DNA from: Clostridia bacterium
Lineage (GTDB): Bacteria > Bacillota > Clostridia > Oscillospirales > CAG-272
DNA length: 64,000 bases
Reading direction: 5' to 3'
NCBI GenBank assembly: GCA_024405755.1
Contig: JAKSOD010000002.1
Coordinates: 83,203 to 147,202, forward strand
Each line of letters opens with the position of its first letter. The stretch's first letter is position 1. The position numbers were made by a program, and so were the translations under genes. A model generated the notes under the pieces. It did not search any database. It was not told the origin of the DNA and saw only the letters and a list, made by a program, of their open reading frames with translations. Positions 41,782-51,247 of the stretch are shown here, piece after piece.

Positions 41782-43998
41782 ATGAAAAAAGAACGCTTTG
41801 TTTCCATACTCATTCTGATTCTTTCGATGGGTATATGCTTTACTTCATGCAGCGCAGGTAAGAATACCGCCGATACTTCCGACACTTCGTCAACAGATCC
41901 CACAGACAGCACCGGTACTGCCGAGTCCGGTTCGGATACCTCATTGACCGATACCGCGTCGGCATCCGAAATCGCCGATAGCGAAACGACCATCACCGAA
42001 ACTACGGTTTCCGAAACTACGGTCCCCGATACTACGATCCCCGATACTACGGTACCCGAAACTACGGTCGTCTTCCCCGGAGGCGGAACGATACTTACTC
42101 CGGGAGACCTGAAACTTGATCCTGTTTTTTTCACGTGTGCCCTCGGCGGCATAGTCGAAGTCTCCGAAAATGACGGCAAATACACGATAAACGCAAAAAA
42201 GACCGGCACGGACAGAATAACGTTCTTCAACAATTACGGAGAGACAGCCGTTGCCGACGTCACCGTCACCACGGGAAAAATCGACTGCGTTGTGACACCA
42301 TTTACCGCCCACGGGATTTCCTTCAATGTTCTTGACTGCGGTGCCAAAGCAAACAACTCTTTTGACTGCACCAAAGCGATACAGAATTGCATCGACAAGG
42401 CCTCCGAAGCAGGCGGCGGTACCGTCTATCTTCCTGCAGGCATCTACCGCATATCCACGCTTTCAATGAAACCCAATGTCTCTCTCCGCCTTGAAGGTTT
42501 TCTTCCAGACGCAACAGTAGGATACAATCAGGACACCAAATCATATGTTAACGGCGGCAAGATTGCCATTCTACGTTCCACAGGATCATCGGTCAACAGT
42601 TTCTTCTTCCTGAACGTAGTACCGAAATCCTACTGCACAAACGGAACTTCACACTTTCTGATTTCCGGCGGTATGATAGACTGCAGCGGAAAAATGAAGA
42701 CTGCCGGTTTTGCCTGCGGTGAGGACATCACCTTCGAAAACTGCATTATCAAAGACAATCCCAACAATCACGCATTTCAGATCGAAGGATGTTCCGACGT
42801 TATTATACGCAATGTTATGTTTGCGGGATACAATTACCCCTCCACCAACGGAGTACTAACACGTGAAACGATCCAACTTGAACCCACCACCTCCGGTGCT
42901 ATCGGAAGCAACACAGCAACCAACCCCATTCAATGCACCGAAGGCGATTATCACCACACACGCAACGTTTCCGTTATCGGATGTTACTTCGGGCCATCCG
43001 ACAACTACGGTTCTCATCTGACCGCTGTCGGTCACCACAGCGCGGGCGGCGCACTTTCATGTGACGGATTCGTCTTTTCCGGAAATGTTGTCGATAATCC
43101 TCTTTACTGCGGACTTCATCTCCTTAACACCTTAAACGTCACAATTTCGGGAAACACATTTATTTCTACCCGAAAAGCGACCTCTGCATCCCTCGGTGAC
43201 GATTCCGCGCTCCTCAGTGTTTACGGAAAAAACTCATCATGCAGTTACACCGACGCCTCAGGCAAAAAGATCGTTTACTGTTACGCAAACGAAATGCCCG
43301 GCAGTCATCACTACAATATTGAAAACAACACCTTTACCCTGGGAGGAGGGACATTCCTCCGTGCAGTATACATTGCCGGAATAAAGACGGAATACAATCT
43401 TTCCGCTCTTTATAAATCTTCGTCTTCCGAATACCGCGTGACCGAATTCGGAGGTGAAGCAAAAGCCATGAACGGATATATTGTGCAGACCAACACAGCC
43501 TACGACATCAGACTCACCGGGAACAAATTCAATATAAAATCAGCAATAACCCAAACCGACTGCTTCGCGTATTTCAACAATGTAAGAGGACTCACCCTGA
43601 AAGACAACACCGCAAGCATTGCGGGTTCCGCAAATTTCAGCAGAAAATATGACGGAATGACCGGATTTTTTGCGGGTAGCGTCAGTGTCGGAGACGAAAT
43701 GTTCAAGCGATCCATCTTTTTCTCCTCCACTGCAAAAACAAAGGTTACAGCCGTATGCGGCGATGAAGAAATTGTTCTTCCCAATCCTCCTTCAAACATA
43801 ACGGTAAACTTCAAAACCAAAGGAAACGGCGCACTCGAACTTGAAAACGACGCCCGCGGAAATCTTACACTCACGATTACTCCCGACGAAGGTTATGCTT
43901 TCTCAGGATGGGTGACCAACGACGGAACTCCGATCGATATTTCAAAGCAGCTTACCGCCGGAATGACGATCTACGCCGAATTCACAGCAAAAAAATGA
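41782..43998 (+). CDS. secreted lipoprotein with a pectate-lyase-superfamily right-handed beta-helix and a C-terminal Listeria-Bacteroides-type repeat
   Basis: GGGAGG RBS. Lipobox ILSMGICFTSC|S, a Thr/Asp/Ser-rich linker, and FNVLDCGAKANNSFDCTKAIQNCIDKASEAGGGTVYLPAGIYRI (typical N-cap of pectate-lyase-3/GH28-like beta-helices). C-terminal GYAFSGWVTNDGTPI...MTIYAEF repeat. Confidence 0.85.
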   Translation: MKKERFVSILILILSMGICFTSCSAGKNTADTSDTSSTDPTDSTGTAESGSDTSLTDTASASEIADSETTITETTVSETTVPDTTIPDTTVPETTVVFPGGGTILTPGDLKLDPVFFTCALGGIVEVSENDGKYTINAKKTGTDRITFFNNYGETAVADVTVTTGKIDCVVTPFTAHGISFNVLDCGAKANNSFDCTKAIQNCIDKASEAGGGTVYLPAGIYRISTLSMKPNVSLRLEGFLPDATVGYNQDTKSYVNGGKIAILRSTGSSVNSFFFLNVVPKSYCTNGTSHFLISGGMIDCSGKMKTAGFACGEDITFENCIIKDNPNNHAFQIEGCSDVIIRNVMFAGYNYPSTNGVLTRETIQLEPTTSGAIGSNTATNPIQCTEGDYHHTRNVSVIGCYFGPSDNYGSHLTAVGHHSAGGALSCDGFVFSGNVVDNPLYCGLHLLNTLNVTISGNTFISTRKATSASLGDDSALLSVYGKNSSCSYTDASGKKIVYCYANEMPGSHHYNIENNTFTLGGGTFLRAVYIAGIKTEYNLSALYKSSSSEYRVTEFGGEAKAMNGYIVQTNTAYDIRLTGNKFNIKSAITQTDCFAYFNNVRGLTLKDNTASIAGSANFSRKYDGMTGFFAGSVSVGDEMFKRSIFFSSTAKTKVTAVCGDEEIVLPNPPSNITVNFKTKGNGALELENDARGNLTLTITPDEGYAFSGWVTNDGTPIDISKQLTAGMTIYAEFTAKK
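41998..42072 (+). repeat. five tandem 15-bp repeats encoding (E/D)TT(V/I)(S/P/V) in the lipoprotein linker
   Basis: gaaactacggtttcc | gaaactacggtcccc | gatactacgatcccc | gatactacggtaccc | gaaactacggtcgtc. Confidence 0.9.
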
Positions 43999-44029
43999 AT
44001 GCAGATAAACTGAAAGGATAGGATGCATT

Positions 44030-44458
44030 ATGAACAATTCATTAGTATGGAAGGACAGAAAACGTACCTTATTTGGTCTTCCCTTCTCGTTCACCCGCTA
44101 CCGCCTCACAGAAAACAAACTAATAATTGACATAGGTTTCTTAAATCGCTCCGAAGATGAGATCAGACTTTACCGGATCACGGACATCACCTTGATCCGC
44201 TCATTCAGAGAACGTATCTGGGGACTCGGAACGATACACTGCTGCTCAGGTGACAAGACAAGTCCGGAATTCAACATTTCACATATCAAGAATCCGCGCA
44301 GTATCAAGGAGATGCTCTCGGAAATGGTCGAAGATGAAAGACAGGCATACCGCGTCGGCGTGCGTGAAGTTGTTGACGGGTACGACGAGGATGTACACGA
44401 TCTCGACGGTGACGGTATTCCCGACGGGAATGACGACGGAGACGGTATCCACCACTGA
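44030..44458 (+). CDS. bacterial PH-domain (bPH_2/YdbT-like) protein with an Asp-rich C-terminal tail
   Basis: 142 aa. FSFTRYRLTENKLIIDIGFLNRSEDEIRLYRITDITL...GLGTIHCCSGDKTSPEFNISHIKNPRSIKEML fits the bPH_2 pattern. The tail DLDGDGIPDGNDDGDGIHH resembles calcium-binding Asp repeats. Confidence 0.7.
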   Translation: MNNSLVWKDRKRTLFGLPFSFTRYRLTENKLIIDIGFLNRSEDEIRLYRITDITLIRSFRERIWGLGTIHCCSGDKTSPEFNISHIKNPRSIKEMLSEMVEDERQAYRVGVREVVDGYDEDVHDLDGDGIPDGNDDGDGIHH

Positions 44459-44566
44459 CATAGTAAAAAAGCGCAACACGAAGCAGGTTGTAAAAAAGAT
44501 TTTATAAAATCAAACGACATCTGACAAATATTAATGCCGCGCATATCATCATTAACAAAAAAACAT

Positions 44567-44602
44567 GACGGGGGTGTCTCACTAACGTGAGACACCCCCG
44601 TC
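44567..44602. terminator. bidirectional intrinsic terminator
   Basis: Perfect 16-bp stem gacgggggtgtctcac / gtgagacacccccgtc with loop taac. An A-run lies upstream and gatttt downstream. It sits between convergent genes. Confidence 0.85.
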
Positions 44603-44615
44603 GATTTTGCTCCGG

Positions 44616-46547
44616 TCAGTCTTTGCGTCTGCGCGGAAGAATAACGGCAGTCAAAGAAGCGGCGGCAAACACTGCGGGTATGGCCAGGGCAGCTCCGCAG
44701 CCCTTACCTTCATTTTCCTCGTTTTCTTCGGTGATGTTTCCGCTTTCAATAATTTCCGTCTCGCTCTCCGGAACGGTATCCGTCCCCGGGACAACAGTTT
44801 CAGTCAGATACCCCGGCTCAGTTGCAAGAGTAGAATCGTAGGCGTTATTCTTTACGAAAATGATATTATGTACTACGTATTTCTGACCTTTCTGCGTATA
44901 TGCGTTAAGGAAAACGTGCCCATTGTATGCGGTATTTCTGAGATTGACAACGGCGGTCTTGCGTGCAAGATAACCGTCTTTACCGTTGACCATTACGGCA
45001 TTTCCGAGATCTGCATATTCGTCGATCTCGGATCCTTCTCCTCCGTAGAGATGATCCGACAGTCCCACAAATCCGATAACGGATCGCTTTCCGCATTCGA
45101 AATTGTTAAAGGATTTTGATACCGAGTATTCAATAAATGCCATACTGTATTGTGTCAGATCCATCTGCCCGAGATCAAGATATTTACCGGTACTTCCGAC
45201 AAAAACTCTCCATGTGATCTCACCCGCGCTGAAGTTTTTCGACACTCCCGAGCCAATGAGGGATTCCATATCGACCATATCGTACGACTGAATTGTTGAC
45301 GATGAGAGTTTTGATTTGTCTGTAAATTCCGTTCCGTCGGGGCAGGGACATTTGTCAGGCATTCCTTCATATACGGGAATAAGGAAAGTATAAGGCAGAT
45401 CAAGCATATTGTTTTCCTTGAATGACTTATAGAAAGTCGATGCAGCGGAATATGCTCCGTGAATACTCTGCATATATTGTCCCCAGAAATTACGTGCCGA
45501 ACGGGCATCAACATTGAATTTTTGCAGATACGAGGTGTTCTGATAGTCTTTTATGTATTTTTCGGTTGCGCTGTAAGCCCCGCCGTACAGTGCCTTCCAG
45601 CGTGTGTTCCATGCCCCGGAATCTCCCCACTCATCGGCCTTTTGGGCGGTTCCTTTCAGTGCTTCCTTCATTCCTCCGAGATATATCGAGAAATATCCGG
45701 TGCCGGCAGCACCGATATTAAAGTAATTGTAAAGCCCGTTGTATGCTTTCAGTGAATCTTCCGTGTGACCTGACACAGGTGCTTTTATCAGTTTGCCGTT
45801 TTCGGAATCTGTGATCTTGTTGGAATAATAATACCACAGTTTGTCTCCGCAGGCTCCGGAAATCAACGGACTCGTGCCTGCGACTCCCTGCTCATTGCGG
45901 ACCCTCGCCGCAAGATACACGGGACTTGCTCCGAGTTCTTTTCCTATTAGCATAAAATACTCGGCGTACGTCATATCGGAATATTTCCCGTCGAGTTTCG
46001 CATTTTCCATAAATGTCCCTTTAAGTGCCGCCTCCACTGCTTCAAGCGTCACGCTCTCTGACCAGGCAAGATCGTAAAACTGGAATATCTGCTTTTCGTC
46101 AAGGAAATTGCGTGGATCCATCATATACTCCACGGCAGCGGCAGATGCCTTCCACCATCCGGAATCGTAAAGATTGAAGTTTGAAAAATCACGCATTGTC
46201 AGATAAGTGCTGACGTTTTCAACAAGATTACGCTTTTGGTCGTCTTCGGTTTCCATATGGATTACGTAACTCCACGTGTATTGTCCTTTGCTGATGCCGG
46301 TAATGTCGAGCGGCTCAAATGACCACAGCGGATGCTGCTCGTGCAGAACAGTCAGTTTTTCGGCGTAATCCTCCGGGAAACCAGCTTCGGTCAGCACATT
46401 TTTATATGCTTCTGCATCAAGTACAGCGCCGTCATTCCCGGCATCCTCGGCACCTGCCGTCATGATCACCGAAGATAAAGAGATTGTTACAGTAAGAACG
46501 GTAAAAACTGCGAGAAGGAATGAAATAAACGGAATTTTTCTTTTCAT
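44616..46547 (-). CDS. secreted surface protein with a putative N-acetylglucosaminidase (GH73-like) region and a C-terminal hydrophobic anchor
   Basis: 643 aa with a signal peptide (FISFLLAVFTVLTVTISLSSVIMTAGA|ED). GASPVYLAARVRNEQG resembles the glucosaminidase-domain motif. C-terminus is ...NEGKGCGAALAIPAVFAAASLTAVILPRRRKD. Confidence 0.7.
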   Translation of the reverse strand: MKRKIPFISFLLAVFTVLTVTISLSSVIMTAGAEDAGNDGAVLDAEAYKNVLTEAGFPEDYAEKLTVLHEQHPLWSFEPLDITGISKGQYTWSYVIHMETEDDQKRNLVENVSTYLTMRDFSNFNLYDSGWWKASAAAVEYMMDPRNFLDEKQIFQFYDLAWSESVTLEAVEAALKGTFMENAKLDGKYSDMTYAEYFMLIGKELGASPVYLAARVRNEQGVAGTSPLISGACGDKLWYYYSNKITDSENGKLIKAPVSGHTEDSLKAYNGLYNYFNIGAAGTGYFSIYLGGMKEALKGTAQKADEWGDSGAWNTRWKALYGGAYSATEKYIKDYQNTSYLQKFNVDARSARNFWGQYMQSIHGAYSAASTFYKSFKENNMLDLPYTFLIPVYEGMPDKCPCPDGTEFTDKSKLSSSTIQSYDMVDMESLIGSGVSKNFSAGEITWRVFVGSTGKYLDLGQMDLTQYSMAFIEYSVSKSFNNFECGKRSVIGFVGLSDHLYGGEGSEIDEYADLGNAVMVNGKDGYLARKTAVVNLRNTAYNGHVFLNAYTQKGQKYVVHNIIFVKNNAYDSTLATEPGYLTETVVPGTDTVPESETEIIESGNITEENEENEGKGCGAALAIPAVFAAASLTAVILPRRRKD

Positions 46548-46605
46548 AATGCGATGTTCCTTTCTTTTTTTGAAATATATTAATATTATGGGTTTCAGTG
46601 TTTTT

Positions 46606-47280
46606 TTATTTCTTTCTGTCTTTTCCTAGATCGCTCAGGATCCGTACGGTTTCGTCGTATACAGCCTCACGTCCACCCGAATATCTGGCGGCGCGGTAAC
46701 TGTCAAACAGAAGCTTTTCGTCGTCCTCATGTGCGAGTTGACGTGATATTTCGTCGGGAGTTGACGAAGGTTTCAGCCTGTAACCCGCACGGATATTTTT
46801 CAACATATAATCAATGAAAATAAATCGGACACGCTCGGAATTGTCTTCAAGTTCCGACCAACGCATTGGATTGCGCAATCGGCGGGAAGAATGTCTGCGG
46901 TCTCGGCGTTCACGAAAAATAAAATCCTTCTCGTCGATGCCCCGGGACCGTATGCGGTCAAGTCCCAGCACTTTTTTTGCACGTTTTGAAATTCCCGAAA
47001 ATATCTTCCCGGCGGCTTTCTTGACTTTTTCCCAGACTGCCGACACTTTTTTTCGCGTTTCCCGGTCAAACATCAGTTTGAGTGAACGGCGAAGCAAAAC
47101 CAAGCATACAGCCGCACCTGCAAATGAGCAGATCTGTATGGGATAATTTCCGACAGATGTCGTGAATGTCAAAGCTGAATAAACGAGAAAGTAAATGTAT
47201 ATTCCCGTAAAAATCAGTCTCGGAAGTGAGAATCCGCGGCTTTTTACAAGATACATAATAAAATCACGGATCTTCCTCAC
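46606..47280 (-). CDS. DUF4129-domain membrane protein
   Basis: 224 aa with two N-terminal TM helices, a basic linker, and a C-terminal RAGYRLKPSSTPDEISRQL...FDSYRAARYSG pattern typical of DUF4129. ATGA-type 4-nt overlap with the DUF58 gene. Confidence 0.75.
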   Translation of the reverse strand: MRKIRDFIMYLVKSRGFSLPRLIFTGIYIYFLVYSALTFTTSVGNYPIQICSFAGAAVCLVLLRRSLKLMFDRETRKKVSAVWEKVKKAAGKIFSGISKRAKKVLGLDRIRSRGIDEKDFIFRERRDRRHSSRRLRNPMRWSELEDNSERVRFIFIDYMLKNIRAGYRLKPSSTPDEISRQLAHEDDEKLLFDSYRAARYSGGREAVYDETVRILSDLGKDRKK

Positions 47281-48470
47281 GCACTTACCTCCCCTTCTTC
47301 CTCGTCGTCTTCAGTAATAAAGACGACCCGTACGTTATTTCCGGCGCGGCGCAGCGCATTTATGGCATTATCTGTTTCGGGAGACGCACAAAGAATGAAA
47401 AGCACGATTTCAAGATCTCCCTCGCCCCCGGCGGCAAGTTCTTCAAGGAGTGATGAAAAAGATGCTCCGTCGCGGGGAAACAACTCCGCCATAGAGTCAA
47501 ATATTCCGATCATATGCTTTTCTCCGCTTTCAAGAGGAAAACGGATCGCCAACGCTCCGTCGTTCTTCCGACAGTTTGCGGAAAAACTCACGCTGAATCC
47601 GCCGTATATCGCCTCACGGATAACGGCAGCGGCATAGGCAAGTCCCGCTTCGATCCTTCTGCCGTAGGCTTTTCCGTCGATCCCGCAGTCTCTTTCAAGA
47701 TGGAAATCCATAAATACGGCAAGTCTGCGGTCAGCGCAGAATTCGCGGTCATTTACTTTGAGGGGAGACGAGGAGGCACCGGACGCCATCCACGTTCTTG
47801 CACTGACTTTGAAATTGATCTGAGATACCGTATCCCCGAAGCGATAGTCCCTGACTCCGGAGACGGTAAAAGGATCGGGGAACAACTGACGTGATGCCCT
47901 CTCATCCCCCTGCATACGTCCGGAGGCCTCAACAACCGCGGACAGTGATACCGGCTTCGGATAAACGCGAAGTTCTGCGGGGCACTCAAAAACGATTTGT
48001 TCACCGTTGTGCTTAACCGTAACGGCACTTTGCAGTCCGTAATACCCGCGCTTCATACACACCACGCGGTGTCGGCGTCGGATACGCATATAAGGCAGCA
48101 GATTGAATCGGCTGACGAAATACTGCATCCCGTCTTTTTGGGGCGGCTCCCAGTCCGGAAGGCGAAGTTCATTGTAGAAATACGCCTCCACGTCAACACC
48201 GAACAGAGGAAAGAATCCGCGGTTGCAGACTGTCTCTATGAGTTCAACTTCATCTGAGGCATACGCGCCGCGGACGGAAAACTCACGCGAATATGTAATG
48301 TTTGAGAGATTTCTGTCCCGCAGCCTCAGATACACTGCACGAAGGAGAAAATAGAATCCCACCGCCACCGCCGTCCAGAAGAAAAACGGAAAAACCGGAG
48401 ACAGAATAAATCTTCCTGCTCCGTCAACCACGGCGGCAAACACATTTTCAATAAATTCAAAAAAGTTCAT
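47277..48470 (-). CDS. DUF58-domain protein (vWA-like, MoxR-associated)
   Basis: 397 aa with N-terminal TM helices and the DUF58 core GDERASRQLFPDPFTVSGVRDYRFGDTVSQINFKVSAR. Confidence 0.85.
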   Translation of the reverse strand: MNFFEFIENVFAAVVDGAGRFILSPVFPFFFWTAVAVGFYFLLRAVYLRLRDRNLSNITYSREFSVRGAYASDEVELIETVCNRGFFPLFGVDVEAYFYNELRLPDWEPPQKDGMQYFVSRFNLLPYMRIRRRHRVVCMKRGYYGLQSAVTVKHNGEQIVFECPAELRVYPKPVSLSAVVEASGRMQGDERASRQLFPDPFTVSGVRDYRFGDTVSQINFKVSARTWMASGASSSPLKVNDREFCADRRLAVFMDFHLERDCGIDGKAYGRRIEAGLAYAAAVIREAIYGGFSVSFSANCRKNDGALAIRFPLESGEKHMIGIFDSMAELFPRDGASFSSLLEELAAGGEGDLEIVLFILCASPETDNAINALRRAGNNVRVVFITEDDEEEGEVSA

Positions 48471-48494
48471 CTTTCAACACACAGTAAAATGAAC

Positions 48495-49466
48495 TCAAGC
48501 CTCCGCAAAAACCGCCTCAGTAGGAACGCGGACTGCTTTTATTACATCTTCCACCACAAAAAAAGCTGCGTCACGGCGGATCCTTGCGGAAGATTCTAGC
48601 AAAATCCGGTGGTCGAGTACGGGATGTGCCGCACGCTTGATGTCGTCGGGAAGAACAAAAGTACGTCCTGCAAGAGCAGCATATCCTTTTGATGCCCTCA
48701 TCAGAGACAGAGCTCCTCGGGGACTCACTCCGAGCGTTACCTTCGGGTAACTTCTCGTCGCTTCCGTTATCGATGCAATATACCCCATAAGTTCCCGACA
48801 GACGTAGATTTGAGGCAGAGCTTCGATTGCATCTGTAAGTTCACCGGCACTTACAGCAGGTTCAAGTGTATCGAGAGGACTTGATCTGTCAAAACGAGCA
48901 AGAATATCCTCACATTCTTCATGAGTAGGATACTGCATTGATCCTTTCATCAGGAAACGGTCAAGTTGTGCTTCGGGAAGCGGAAAAGTTCCGAGGGATT
49001 CCACGGGATTCTGCGTCGCGACAACCATAAACGGAGAATTAAGCCGGTATGTTCTGCCGTCAATGGTCGCCTGCCTCTCCTCCATGCATTCAAGAAGTCC
49101 CGACTGCGTTTTCGGAGTTGCACGGTTGATCTCGTCGGCAAGCAGGATGTTCGTGAACACCGGTCCGGGAACGAACTCAAACTCCGAATTCTTCATATTA
49201 AAAAAGTTGATACCCGTGATATCAGACGGCAAAAGGTCGGGAGTAAACTGTATTCGTTTAAAATCGCACCCGACGCTTGCGGCAAGAGACTTGATAAGCA
49301 TGGTCTTACCCGTCCCCGGAACATCTTCGAGAAGAACGTGACCTCCGCAAAGAAGGGATACTATGAGCATATCGACGGTGTCGTTTTTCCCGACAATGAC
49401 ACGGGCAACATTTTCACGGATCTTTTTCGCAACATCCGTGATCTTTTCAGTAATATTCTGAGGCAT
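48495..49466 (-). CDS. MoxR-family AAA+ ATPase
   Basis: 323 aa with Walker A LLEDVPGTGKT, FKRIQFTPDLLPSDITG, Walker B ILLADEINRATPKTQS and VVATQNPVE. Confidence 0.93.
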   Translation of the reverse strand: MPQNITEKITDVAKKIRENVARVIVGKNDTVDMLIVSLLCGGHVLLEDVPGTGKTMLIKSLAASVGCDFKRIQFTPDLLPSDITGINFFNMKNSEFEFVPGPVFTNILLADEINRATPKTQSGLLECMEERQATIDGRTYRLNSPFMVVATQNPVESLGTFPLPEAQLDRFLMKGSMQYPTHEECEDILARFDRSSPLDTLEPAVSAGELTDAIEALPQIYVCRELMGYIASITEATRSYPKVTLGVSPRGALSLMRASKGYAALAGRTFVLPDDIKRAAHPVLDHRILLESSARIRRDAAFFVVEDVIKAVRVPTEAVFAEA

Positions 49467-49525
49467 GGCATTATTCCTTCCGGATACTGAATTATGTTTT
49501 GGATTTCAAGATTTTTTGTTCTTTT

Positions 49526-50689
49526 TTATCTTTTTATTCTCACAAGACGTGAGATCCCGTCGGAGAGGACAGCGGCAAAGGCATCTATCTCCTCCCGTGT
49601 GTTGTCGGCGCAAAGACTGACACGCAGAGTACAGTCCGCTTCACGATCGGGAAGTCCGAAAGACAGAAGAGTGGAACTTACGTGTCTGTCGTGAGACGAG
49701 CAGGCAGATCCGCTTGAAACACATATTCCTGCGGCAGAAAGGAAATTCAGCATTGTCTGACTCTTGATGTCCGGCAAAGTCAGGCTGATTATGTGATCTG
49801 TCCGACGGGCAGGTACGTTCACTCTCGCTCCCGCAGCGGCAATTTTTTCAGCCGTATACACATAAAGTCCGGCAACTTTTTCCGCATTGGAGACAAAATC
49901 CTTTTTTCCCTCCTCTGCGGCGGCGGCGAATCCGGCAATTCCGATGACATTTTCCGTTCCCGAACGCAATCCTTCCTCCTGCCCTCCCCCATAGATCACG
50001 GGAGACAACTGCCGACGGCGGAATACCTCGGGAGATACAAGCAGTGCTCCGACTCCCTTCGGACCGTGTATTTTATGTGCGCTGACGGTGATCATATTCA
50101 CGCCGCAGGCGGGAGACGGAAGAGGTACACGGAGAAATCCCTGAACCGCATCACAATGGATCAGCGCGTCAGGACAGAGTCTGCGAACAATCCGTGCGGC
50201 TTCCTCAATATCGTAATACGCTCCCGTTTCGTTGTTGACAAGCATCATTGAAACAAGAAAAGCACCTTTTTTCAGTTCGCTTTCAAGAACTTCCGTGCTG
50301 ATCTTTCCGCCGCGAGTAGGAATACGCACGATCTCAAACCCCTCTTCGGCAAGACGGACTGCACAGTTTGCCACCGACGGGTGTTCCGAATCGGTAAGCA
50401 AGATCCGTTTTGAATCAAAATGCTTCTTTGCCCTTGCCGCACCGAGAACAGCAAGATTGTTGCCTTCACTTCCGGATCCGGTAAAGATCACGTGCCAGCC
50501 GTCGGAAGGACGTAATCCTGCCGCATTCAGCACTTTTTCACGGGCACCGGCGACAATTTTCGCCGGGATCTGACCGGCAGTATGCAGAGAAGACGGATTT
50601 CCGAAAGAATCCGCCGCCTCAGTCATGGCTCGCCGTGCGGATGCACCGAGTGCCGTCGTTGCGCTGTTATCCAAATAAATGAATCCCAT
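49526..50689 (-). CDS. cysteine desulfurase (NifS/IscS class, PLP-dependent)
   Basis: 387 aa with YLDNSATT, PLP-lysine context SAHKIHGPKG and catalytic Cys loop SSGSACSS. Confidence 0.92.
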   Translation of the reverse strand: MGFIYLDNSATTALGASARRAMTEAADSFGNPSSLHTAGQIPAKIVAGAREKVLNAAGLRPSDGWHVIFTGSGSEGNNLAVLGAARAKKHFDSKRILLTDSEHPSVANCAVRLAEEGFEIVRIPTRGGKISTEVLESELKKGAFLVSMMLVNNETGAYYDIEEAARIVRRLCPDALIHCDAVQGFLRVPLPSPACGVNMITVSAHKIHGPKGVGALLVSPEVFRRRQLSPVIYGGGQEEGLRSGTENVIGIAGFAAAAEEGKKDFVSNAEKVAGLYVYTAEKIAAAGARVNVPARRTDHIISLTLPDIKSQTMLNFLSAAGICVSSGSACSSHDRHVSSTLLSFGLPDREADCTLRVSLCADNTREEIDAFAAVLSDGISRLVRIKR

Positions 50690-50705
50690 TTTAAACGCTC
50701 TGTTT

Positions 50706-51218
50706 TTATTTGAACCTTACGTTTTCGGTGATCTTGTCCAATTCTTCAAGATGAGAATCAAATTTTTCCGCCGTTGACGTGTACGTAAGAATATAGAACG
50801 TATCGGATTTTATTGTAACTGTCTGCCGCCACTTGAAAACGGTTTCTCCGCTTTTAGCCTTATATTCGAAACTGACGGCAGCTTTGCCGCCGAGTGTCGT
50901 CTCCGTGGTTTCTCCGATATCCTCGTAGTCTTTCAGAACCGAAGCCAATGCTTCCTTTGCATATGCAGTGTATTCCTCTGTCGTCGTCAATCCTTCGTCC
51001 ATGAGCATACATGTCATACTGACGTTGGAATTATCCGTAACGATATATGCGGAAGCGGTGCCGCCTGACGAATTTACTGTCCAAGTGGTGGGGACATAGA
51101 GATAAAATGCCTCGTTTTCACTTGAAGCGGCTTTCATTCCTTCGGGAGCATCAGCCGAGCAGCCGGCAAAACTCATAATCATTACTGCGCAAAGAATTAC
51201 TGCAAGTACTTTTTTCAT
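50706..51218 (-). CDS. hypothetical lipoprotein
   Basis: 170 aa with lipobox IMSFAGC|S. No enzymatic motif was recognised. Confidence 0.7.
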   Translation of the reverse strand: MKKVLAVILCAVMIMSFAGCSADAPEGMKAASSENEAFYLYVPTTWTVNSSGGTASAYIVTDNSNVSMTCMLMDEGLTTTEEYTAYAKEALASVLKDYEDIGETTETTLGGKAAVSFEYKAKSGETVFKWRQTVTIKSDTFYILTYTSTAEKFDSHLEELDKITENVRFK

Positions 51219-51247
51219 TTTTAGTTCCTCTTATGTCTTTTCGTATT

